In this document: piece after piece, positions 51,879-59,693 of the stretch
Position numbering within the stretch: the stretch's first letter is position 1
Layout: each line of letters begins with the position of its first letter
Assembly (NCBI GenBank): GCA_965248755.1
Contig: OZ252149.1
Location: 736,001-800,000, forward strand
Direction of reading: 5' to 3'
Origin: Candidatus Latescibacterota bacterium
GTDB taxonomy: Bacteria > Latescibacterota > CBDEFO01
Length of the DNA stretch: 64,000 bases
Program-made: the position numbers and the translations under genes
The notes under the pieces: model-generated
The model's input: only the letters and a program-made list of their open reading frames with translations
Databases searched by the model: none
What the model was told of the DNA's origin: nothing

Positions 51879-52217
51879 ATCCTTCTTAAACCAAACTCCT
51901 TACAAAACCTTTTCTCAATTCATTTCACAAGCGAAAAAGTTTAAAGTTAAACGGAAGACCTTCGACGAACTGATTGAGATCATGGTCAAGGGGAAATGTC
52001 AGAATTTACGTCATATAGAGGAAGTGGTTTCTAACGTATTTTCCCAATTTGAGGATATTTTTGAGGAATTAGGCTTTGACCTTTACTATGACGATGTAGA
52101 TCCGAATAAACCGATGAAGAGATTCGCTTAGTGAAAATTGCCCGCGTGCGTCATCCGCTTCGTGGACGCTGGCAAAAATTGAACTAATCAGATTAACATA
52201 AGAATTCGGGATAAAAT

Positions 52218-52859
52218 GTGACGACCACAATCCTTCTGATTCGGCACGGAGAAACCGCTTGGAATCGAGGGAAGATATTCCGCGGTACGTATGATGTTCC
52301 CTTGAACGAAAACGGAGAAAAACAGGCGAAATTCCTGGCAAAGGCACTCGGTTCTCGTCAAATCGACGCTGCCTACATCAGTCCCCTGTCACGCGCACAG
52401 AAAACCGCTCAGATCGTCCTTGAGAATCGAGGCATTGACGCTGTGATAGACAAACGTCTAATCGATTTCTGCTACGGTGAATGGGAAGGGCTCGAAGAAT
52501 CTGAGGTCGCCCACCGATGGCCCAAGGAACATAATCTGTGGATTTCCCATCCAGAATCAGTGCGGGTTCCTGGGGGAAATACGCTCCAGGAAGTATACGA
52601 AACGGTATTTTCAGCCATGGAGGAGTTTGCATCGAGACATCAGAGCCAGACGGTCGCTCTTTTTGCCCACCGCGTCGTAAACAAGCTGTTGGTGCTCGGC
52701 GCAATGGATCTCGGTATTGAACGATTCCCATTCATCCGCCAGGACAATAGCTGTTTGAATGAGTTTGAGAGAACTAAAGAAGGTTATGTGATTTGCAGTC
52801 TCAACGATACCTGTCACATACGCCAGGCGAATATTGATGTACTAACGGAGGATTTTTGA
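52218..52859 (+). CDS. Histidine phosphatase (phosphoglycerate mutase-like) family protein
   Basis: LIRHGETAWN, SPLSRA, GEWEG, AH, LNDTCH. Confidence 0.92.
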   Translation: MTTTILLIRHGETAWNRGKIFRGTYDVPLNENGEKQAKFLAKALGSRQIDAAYISPLSRAQKTAQIVLENRGIDAVIDKRLIDFCYGEWEGLEESEVAHRWPKEHNLWISHPESVRVPGGNTLQEVYETVFSAMEEFASRHQSQTVALFAHRVVNKLLVLGAMDLGIERFPFIRQDNSCLNEFERTKEGYVICSLNDTCHIRQANIDVLTEDF

Positions 52860-52947
52860 GATTGCAGAGGTTTCATTCAAGAGTATCGAATTGATCTTCG
52901 ATCGCCCATAGCATCAATTAGGTATTGAATCGGGGATTGATCTAAAT

Positions 52948-54216
52948 ATGAAACAGTTTTTATCAAAGATACAGTCGTTTTTCCAAAAATATAGAAAAGC
53001 GACACTCATTATAACTGTTTTAGCTATTGTTCTTCCAGAGGTTACGGTCTATTTTCACAGACCAGCACGTGGTGGAGATATGCATGGATATGTCCAAGCG
53101 GGCAATGACGCGTTGAAACTAAATGACTTATACCGTGATTCAGCTCCCAGTAAGAATAACACTTGGCCACCATTTTTCTCGTTTTTTATAATGCCACTTG
53201 CGCTCTCTGAAAAATATTTAGGTAGGCCAATTACCAAGGAATTATGGTATCTATTCAACTTTTTATGTCTACTCTGGACAATTAAGCTTTGGACGTTGTT
53301 CTTATTAGATCAAAAACCAAAATTTATCTCTGACCATCACATAGATTTTACCTCACCTTCTGTCTTTATGCCAGTTTTGTTCATTATACCAGCTATCATA
53401 AACAATTTTTTTCACCTTCAAATTAACACCTTCATTCTATTTCTGGTCACTTTGGGTCTTTATTATGTTAGGAGTGAAAGGTCTCTCCTTGCTGGCACGA
53501 TGCTCGGCCTGGCCGCTTCGATTAAAGCATTTCCCGGTTTGTTCTTACTCTATTATCTGATTAGAAGACAATGGAGAATAGCTGGCTGGATTTGTCTTAT
53601 GGGATTACTGTTTACTCTTAGCCCTGTATTTTTCTACGGGATAGATAGTTACGTTGAACTTATGAAAAGGTGGTTATCCATAAGCCTTATAGATAAATTT
53701 GTCGTTGGAAGTGGTAGATATAATTATCAGTCCCTTTACGCTATGTGGGAGTATTATCTGGCTTATCACTTAAAAATAACCGAACCGGCATCTTTATTGA
53801 TACGCAGCGCAACTAAGGTATCAGTTTTATTATTATTCATTTCATCCCTGTTCGTCTTTTTAAAAAAGGAATATGATAAAAATTCTATTACAGCGTTAAT
53901 GGAATACTCGTTAATATGCGTTTTAATGATTTTGTTTTCACCCATTGCTTGGAGACACTATTGGGTTTATGTATATCCAGCATCTGCGACAGTATTTATA
54001 TATCTGAAGAATAATCCTAAACTTTACCAGAAAAGAGCAATTAGATTCTTAATGATCGCATGGATAGCGTTATTGTTAGTGCCGTACATATCTGGTAGTC
54101 ATATAAGGAGTTTTATCAGGACATTTTCAAACTTTACATTCTCAGCAATTCTGTTAAATATTTTGTTATTGATTTTACATTACAGATATAATTATTCAGA
54201 TAAATCAAGAACGTAA
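52948..54216 (+). CDS. Glycosyltransferase family 87 (DUF2029) membrane protein
   Basis: WPPFF, LQIN, GLAASIK.FP, YQSL, SPIAW.HY; low GC. Confidence 0.85.
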   Translation: MKQFLSKIQSFFQKYRKATLIITVLAIVLPEVTVYFHRPARGGDMHGYVQAGNDALKLNDLYRDSAPSKNNTWPPFFSFFIMPLALSEKYLGRPITKELWYLFNFLCLLWTIKLWTLFLLDQKPKFISDHHIDFTSPSVFMPVLFIIPAIINNFFHLQINTFILFLVTLGLYYVRSERSLLAGTMLGLAASIKAFPGLFLLYYLIRRQWRIAGWICLMGLLFTLSPVFFYGIDSYVELMKRWLSISLIDKFVVGSGRYNYQSLYAMWEYYLAYHLKITEPASLLIRSATKVSVLLLFISSLFVFLKKEYDKNSITALMEYSLICVLMILFSPIAWRHYWVYVYPASATVFIYLKNNPKLYQKRAIRFLMIAWIALLLVPYISGSHIRSFIRTFSNFTFSAILLNILLLILHYRYNYSDKSRT

Positions 54217-54290
54217 AGTCCTTTCGTCTACGTAACTGCAGTTGGGCGAAAGCTTCACAGCAAGCATCTAAAGAGAGAGGGGTTACAGCC

Positions 54291-55109
54291 GTGACAATGC
54301 GCTACATCACACCAGAAGCACTTATTAAAAACCGTCTTGGAAGTAACCCTTTGCCACAGTGGTTTGCGGCAATTTTATGCTTTCACGGCCCTAAACATTC
54401 AGAACGGCTTGTAAAAGAATTTAATGCACAACCGCTGGGCTACAATGTCTTTTTGGGGTTAGGGGAGTCACAAGTATATGAAGTAATTGTGGGAGATAGA
54501 CGTATTGGAATCCTTACTGGCTTAGTTGGGGCAGGTCCACAGGCGGCAATTCTGGTGGAAGAATTAGCGTATCTGGATGTAAAATATCTGATCGGCTATG
54601 GAGCTGCTGGCAGCATCCATCCAAAATTGCCTAAGGGACAACAGGTTGTTGCTAAGTTAGCATTACCAACTGACGGAACAAGTCAAATATATTGTCCAGA
54701 TTCGAAAGAAATCGCGGCCGATCCGGAATTGCTAGAGTTAGCTGTTAATGTAGGGAAGAGCTTATCATGTGATATACAGCAGGTTACTGCTGCAACTGTA
54801 GATGCACTATACAGAGAAACTGAGAGCCTAATTTCAACCTGGCGGGAAAAAGGAGCTCAAATCATAAATATGGAGACAACACCATTCTATGCTGCATCTG
54901 ATGTCTGTGGGCGGCACAGCCGCTTTGTTGGGAAGGAGGCAACAAGCCACGAAATGAGTGGTATTAAAAGCGTTTGGTTTGGTCATATTAGTGACCGTCT
55001 GATTAAGGGAGAATGGGAAGATTGGTATGTTGATCGAGATGAGATGTCATCTGAAAGCGCAAGAATTTGCTTAGAATTCATGAATTCTTTGGTTCAACAA
55101 AGAATCTAA
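54291..55109 (+). CDS. Nucleoside phosphorylase (PNP_UDP_1) family protein with a 17-aa repeat-derived insert
   Basis: GAGPQAAI..EEL, GAAGS, DGTS, DALYRET, NMET. Confidence 0.85.
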   Translation: MTMRYITPEALIKNRLGSNPLPQWFAAILCFHGPKHSERLVKEFNAQPLGYNVFLGLGESQVYEVIVGDRRIGILTGLVGAGPQAAILVEELAYLDVKYLIGYGAAGSIHPKLPKGQQVVAKLALPTDGTSQIYCPDSKEIAADPELLELAVNVGKSLSCDIQQVTAATVDALYRETESLISTWREKGAQIINMETTPFYAASDVCGRHSRFVGKEATSHEMSGIKSVWFGHISDRLIKGEWEDWYVDRDEMSSESARICLEFMNSLVQQRI

Positions 55110-55246
55110 GTAGCAGGAAAAACCTGGAGATGATTTTGGAAATCCGAAATAGTGGATAGCATACCGACACGGGAGTTGGTGCCCTCTCTACCCCGACCCC
55201 CAATAGATTCGATTGGGGGCTACTGTACAATAGAAAGAGGTGTTGT

Positions 55247-56659
55247 CTAGCTGGTGGAAGAACAATTTGCCATGCGCTGCTCCATCTGTAGACGGAAGTG
55301 CACCGCAGGGTTTGTGTCATCATACTCGACGTCAGACCAACGAACAGGCTGACCCGCTGGTATCTCATTTTTAAGCCTCACGTTATGCGCCAGGCCAATA
55401 GGGATCATACGGTCCGCTTCGGGGCTTGTTACCTTGTCCACTAAGAGAGCGGCCTTGCCCGCCTTTAGGGAATCCTCCGCGGGCATGAGCGAACCATAGA
55501 CGCTATACCCGCCTTCCCCGTCTAACAATTCGCCCGCCTTTAGATCACGCTTGGCCGTTGCGATGACATCAGCCCTGAATCCGACGGGGGATCCCGTCGC
55601 CTCACCCCGCAAGCCAGCCTTCAGAATACTTACAGTCAGTTCCAGGCCGACCAGGTGATAGGGCCGATACATGGACGCATAGCATCCGGTGGAGTCGGTC
55701 AAGAGGCCATACTCGGCAAAGCAGTGCCTGACATAGTCACTTGGCGCTTCGAAGGTGACGTAGACCCCCCAGCGCAGGTCGCGGTCTACCGGCCGACCAT
55801 CGCGCTCGAGGCTGGAGATAACCTCAACCGTGCCTTTGTGAGCAAGCTGGCCACCGTCGCTTTTAGGCCGGCAAACGTTCGGCAGATCATCGATCCCGCA
55901 GGGCGGAAAGCGCAGCCCCTCCGGCTGGGGCTGTAAGTTAGTGGCGTTGGCCACCGCCGCCATTTCAACGGCTGACTTGGTGCCATCGAGGAAGGAGTTG
56001 AACATCCGGGGATTTAAATTGCCCTGCGCAACCATCTCCTCCGAGAAGCCATAGTGCTCCCAGACTGTATCGGGTGTAGAAGTGTGGTAGATGGGCAGAT
56101 ACTTGGTCCCTTTGCCCGCGCAAACGACCTCAAAGCCACTGGTCCGGGCCCACTCCACCAGTTCGCAGATCAAGGCAGGCTGGTCACCGTAGGCCAGGCT
56201 ATAGACGACACCAGCCGCAGCAGCGTGTTCGGCCAGGAGGGGGCCGGCCAACGCATCTGCTTCCACGTTGACCATGACCACGTGCCGGCCGTTTTCAAAC
56301 GCCTTCAGCGCATACTGGATACCGACAGACGGGTCGCCTGTTGCCTCAACCACAACTTCCAGGCCATTGGCCTGGATAAGTGACTCGCCGTTGTCGGTGA
56401 GATAGGTGGAGCCGGTTTTGAGGGCCTGCGCAAAGCTCGTCGCCGCAAACTGCTCCGGCAGCCACTCGGCGCGTCGCAGCGCCTTTGAAGCGCGCTCAGG
56501 TGACAGATCGGCTATCCCCAAAACGTGCAGCCCCGGCACTCGACGAGCCTGGCTCAGGAACATGGTCCCGAATTTGCCCGCCCCAATCAGCCCCACCCTC
56601 AGCGGATTACCAGACTCGACACGGGCAGATAATAACTGCAGCAATTGACCTCCGGTCAT
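55247..56659 (-). CDS. NAD(P)-dependent oxidoreductase with C-terminal SAF domain (COG4091, homoserine dehydrogenase-like)
   Basis: GAGKFG, VMVNVEAD, GDQPALI, DGTKS, RPYHL.GLE, LDGEGGY; AGGAG RBS before ATG 56659. Confidence 0.9.
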   Translation of the reverse strand: MTGGQLLQLLSARVESGNPLRVGLIGAGKFGTMFLSQARRVPGLHVLGIADLSPERASKALRRAEWLPEQFAATSFAQALKTGSTYLTDNGESLIQANGLEVVVEATGDPSVGIQYALKAFENGRHVVMVNVEADALAGPLLAEHAAAAGVVYSLAYGDQPALICELVEWARTSGFEVVCAGKGTKYLPIYHTSTPDTVWEHYGFSEEMVAQGNLNPRMFNSFLDGTKSAVEMAAVANATNLQPQPEGLRFPPCGIDDLPNVCRPKSDGGQLAHKGTVEVISSLERDGRPVDRDLRWGVYVTFEAPSDYVRHCFAEYGLLTDSTGCYASMYRPYHLVGLELTVSILKAGLRGEATGSPVGFRADVIATAKRDLKAGELLDGEGGYSVYGSLMPAEDSLKAGKAALLVDKVTSPEADRMIPIGLAHNVRLKNEIPAGQPVRWSDVEYDDTNPAVHFRLQMEQRMANCSSTS

Positions 56660-57121
56660 TATTAAACTCCTAAGTTCGTCTGAGCCATAGCCGAACGTAA
56701 TGACGCCACGTGGAGTCACTGCCATCGGCTTGACTCACGATAGGCACTCCGCGGGTGTGGCTTCAAATCCTGCCCTTAGCGGATAGGAACAGACCCCTTA
56801 GAACCGTAGAATAGCGGCGGATCGCGTTCCTCAACCGCTTACGAATGGCGGTATGCTGACGCAATCCCTACAAAGCGGGAAGCCCTCACCGCTTCGATTC
56901 TTCAGGATCGGGCTTTTATAAAGCAACCTAAGATGTAAGACCTGACGAGGCTCTTCCGTGGAGCGCTGGACAGGCTTCTCCCTATGGGCCATGGTCTGGT
57001 CCATAGGGTTATGTGCGTAGTCTTACAAGAATACGGCAACGTGCGCTGTATAGTCTGGCAAGGCTGGAACAGGAACAAGCTGCGATTGAATCCCCAATTG
57101 TTTCTATTGGGGATCGGGAAT
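56660..57121 (-). ncRNA. Candidate large structured leader RNA of unknown class
   Basis: Promoter at 57128-57156; many complementary segments whose G-U pairs work only on the minus strand; see findings. Confidence 0.55.
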
Positions 57122-57127
57122 CAACAC

Positions 57128-57156
57128 AAGATACTCTTATCTAAAGAGTTTGGCAA
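57128..57156 (-). promoter_or_regulatory. Sigma70-type promoter with a palindromic spacer
   Basis: TTGCCA-N17-TATCTT on the minus strand; ACTCTT-N5-AAGAGT at 57133-57149. Confidence 0.6.
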
Positions 57157-57229
57157 GAAAAATCCCTTGCATGGGATACAGAAGAATGAGTTTTCGTAAA
57201 ATCCTTATAAAATTGAGCCTCATAACCCC

Positions 57230-57258
57230 TTGATTTTACAAAGTAATTTTTTTATAAT
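57230..57258 (+). promoter_or_regulatory. Sigma70-type promoter
   Basis: TTGATT-N17-TATAAT. Confidence 0.55.
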
Positions 57259-57326
57259 AAGATCAATGACTTTCGCTTCGTGTTTCTACCAAGCATCAAT
57301 CGCGTATCTAAGCAACGAGGTCAACA

Positions 57327-57515
57327 ATGTCAGCCGCGAGGGTTAAGTGCAAACACTGCAAAGGAAAAGGCAAGTGCGATTGCGGCAGTTGTGGGGTATG
57401 GGACGGCAAATCTGTCGGGAAAGACACTGGCTTACCAAGACGTGAATATGGCATCTGTGCAACTTGTGGTGGCAGGGGTTATCAGGAGGAGGGCTGCTGG
57501 CAGAACAACGGATAA
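57327..57515 (+). CDS. 62-aa Cys-rich protein with DnaJ-type CxxCxGxG motifs
   Basis: CKHCKGKG, CDCGSC, CATCGGRG; GAGGT RBS. Confidence 0.7.
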   Translation: MSAARVKCKHCKGKGKCDCGSCGVWDGKSVGKDTGLPRREYGICATCGGRGYQEEGCWQNNG

Positions 57516-57597
57516 GAGCATTGGTAGCTTTTATTCCTGAACAGAAAAAACCAGAATATAGATGATTTCAGCAAACTCCTATTTTCAAAAGTGAGGA

Positions 57598-58515
57598 ATG
57601 AACTGTATGGAACTGCAACCTATACCGAATACACAACTAAGTGTCTCAACGATCTGCTTGGGCACGATGACCTTCGGCAGACCCGTCGCTGAGGCTGAGG
57701 CGATTCGTATCGTCCATCAGGCTATTGACAACGGCATCAATTTCATCGATACCGCCGACATATACGAAGGTTATGACCGTTTCCTGGGTTCTCCCGGAGG
57801 TGTGGCGGAAGCGATTCTTGGAAAAGCGCTTGAGGGACGTCGCCAGCAAGTGGTCATCACTACCAAGGTAGGCAACCCCGTCGGCGGAGGAGGATACGAT
57901 GGTGGTGGTCTGGGTCACACGCACATAAGCCATCAAATTGATGCCAGCCTCCAACGTCTGCAGACCGACTACGTGGACTTTTATGAGTTGCACCGTCCTG
58001 ATCCGAAGACGCCGCTGGACGAATCGCTTGCCGTGATAGAACAACTAATTGTTGCAGGCAAAGTTCGCCACTGGGGTTTTTCAAACTTTGACGCCACCCA
58101 GATCCGCGAAATGATCGTTCTCTGCGACGCCAATGGCTGGCCGAGACCTGTGATCAGCCAGCCACCTTACAGCTGGCTCACGCGCGATGTGGAGGCTGAG
58201 CATTTGCCAGTTTGTCGGGAGTATGAGATTGCCGTGACGCCTTATAAGCCGTTGGAGGGCGGTTTGCTGACGGGGAAATATCAACGGGGTCAAAGAATCC
58301 CTCCCGACAGTCGCGCTACCGAGATCCCGAACTGGATCGCCGTTCCCGACGATGCCATGTACTCTAGGCTGGAAGAGTACGAGAAGGAAGCCCAAGCCGC
58401 AGGCCTCAAGCTGGCCCGGTACGCTTTAAGGTGGCTTTTGGACCAACCCGGTGTTTGCAGTGTCGTCGTCGGGATAAGGCGCATCGAGCAGTTGGAGGGA
58501 CTTCTGAAGACTTGA
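57598..58515 (+). CDS. Aldo/keto reductase
   Basis: CLGTMTFG, FIDTADIY, SLQRLQTDYVD, GFSNF, LLTGKY. Confidence 0.93.
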   Translation: MNCMELQPIPNTQLSVSTICLGTMTFGRPVAEAEAIRIVHQAIDNGINFIDTADIYEGYDRFLGSPGGVAEAILGKALEGRRQQVVITTKVGNPVGGGGYDGGGLGHTHISHQIDASLQRLQTDYVDFYELHRPDPKTPLDESLAVIEQLIVAGKVRHWGFSNFDATQIREMIVLCDANGWPRPVISQPPYSWLTRDVEAEHLPVCREYEIAVTPYKPLEGGLLTGKYQRGQRIPPDSRATEIPNWIAVPDDAMYSRLEEYEKEAQAAGLKLARYALRWLLDQPGVCSVVVGIRRIEQLEGLLKT

Positions 58516-58625
58516 GATCGTTGCAGATCACGGAAAATGACAAGTGAGATAGCCTGTCCGCGCGCTGTTCAAGATGGCGCACCGGCTCTTGGGATTGATT
58601 GAGAAAACACAGAGGGGCAATGGCT

Positions 58626-58712
58626 ATGAAGATAACCGATGTGATCCTTCAGTGTTACGCATGCCCGTGTCCAGAACCCATCAGGAATGGGAAATAGACC
58701 TGCACGACGTAG
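58626..58712 (+). pseudogene. Short N-terminal remnant resembling a mandelate racemase/enolase-superfamily protein
   Basis: MKITDVILQCY...PIRNGK*TCTT*, followed by a REP-like element. Confidence 0.4.
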
Positions 58713-58904
58713 GTGTTCGGAGTCCATTCTAGGATACCGTAGGGGCAGACCCGCGTGTCTGCCATGCAAATAAGGATAAATCGGGCGTGTCAGAAAGGGC
58801 AGCACGGACGCCTTGCGGGGTCAAGTGGCAACTAACCACGAATTAATGTGACGCTCCACACTGGGGGTTCCCCCTAAATAGAACTGTGCGAAAAGGAGTA
58901 ATTT

Positions 58905-59681
58905 ATGCAGATGGAATGTACAAAGTGCGGCACATCAGTTTCAGAAGGCGCAAACTTCTGCCCTAACTGCGGAACCAAAGTTGAATCTAACAAATCCTGT
59001 CCTAACTGCGGAGTGGAGGTGGAAAAGGAGGACAGCTTCTGCGGAGAATGCGGACAGGAGCTGAGTATATCTGAAGCTAAGACAGATGATATAGATCCCA
59101 AGGAGGAGCGCTCAGGAACAACGTCTTCCACTTACCCAGTTCTGAAGTGGGTCTCTATCCTTACCATTCCTGTCATTGTAGTGCTCGCGATTGTCTTAGC
59201 TCAGCGAAGCGGAAAGGTCGAACAAGCTCCTTCCGGGGGAGTGATGTCTCCTCCCGGGGGCTCAGAGGTGATGGAGCAGGTCTTTCGGGAGATTGAAGAT
59301 TTGAAAGAGCAGATTGAGGTAGACCCTAAGAATACTGCTGCTTTAGTGAGACTGGGCAATATGTACCGAGACGCCGGGAAGTTCGAGCAAGCGATCGATT
59401 ACTACAACAGATCTCTCGAAGCGGACTCCACCAATGTGGACGTCAGAGTTGAAATTGCTGTGTGTTATTTCAAAGCAGAAGAACCACAAAGAGCCATACA
59501 GGAGCTAACTGCCACTCTTAAGTACGATTCCAAGCATCTGGATGCCCTGTTTTATATAGGTGGTATGAACGCTTCTGTCGGAAAATGGCAGGAAGCCGAA
59601 ATGTGGTGGGGAAAGCTTATCGAGCTTTATCCTGATGACCATATGGCCCACATGGCCAAAGAGGCGTTGGAGGGGAGGTGA
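58905..59681 (+). CDS. Double zinc-ribbon, single-TM, TPR protein
   Basis: Four CxxC motifs, one hydrophobic helix, TPR-like repeats. Confidence 0.85.
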   Translation: MQMECTKCGTSVSEGANFCPNCGTKVESNKSCPNCGVEVEKEDSFCGECGQELSISEAKTDDIDPKEERSGTTSSTYPVLKWVSILTIPVIVVLAIVLAQRSGKVEQAPSGGVMSPPGGSEVMEQVFREIEDLKEQIEVDPKNTAALVRLGNMYRDAGKFEQAIDYYNRSLEADSTNVDVRVEIAVCYFKAEEPQRAIQELTATLKYDSKHLDALFYIGGMNASVGKWQEAEMWWGKLIELYPDDHMAHMAKEALEGR

Positions 59682-59693
59682 TTTTTCTCTGCT

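Larger units (their letters stand above)
49603..52131 (+). pseudogene. Kanamycin nucleotidyltransferase (ANT(4')-I/KNTase)-like gene split by IS3 elements
   Basis: ASYARNEDFDYSDLE NTase motif; removing 50134-51882 restores ...RVLS|FLNQTPY...; low GC. Confidence 0.78.

Noticed and set aside
56900..57010. Known riboswitch or hammerhead (ATAAAAGCCCG, TGGAGCGCT, CTGACGAG, CTGAAGA fragments)
   Set aside because: Only isolated words match ykkC, lysine or hammerhead consensus; the other required elements are absent or on the wrong strand. An Rfam scan is still needed.
56660..57121. tmRNA, suggested by four serial pseudoknots
   Set aside because: No tRNA-like ends, no T-loop or CCA, and no tag frame ending in an ALAA-like peptide
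57151..57172. Sigma54 promoter TGGCA...TTGC
   Set aside because: Spacing is 11 nt, incompatible with -24/-12 geometry
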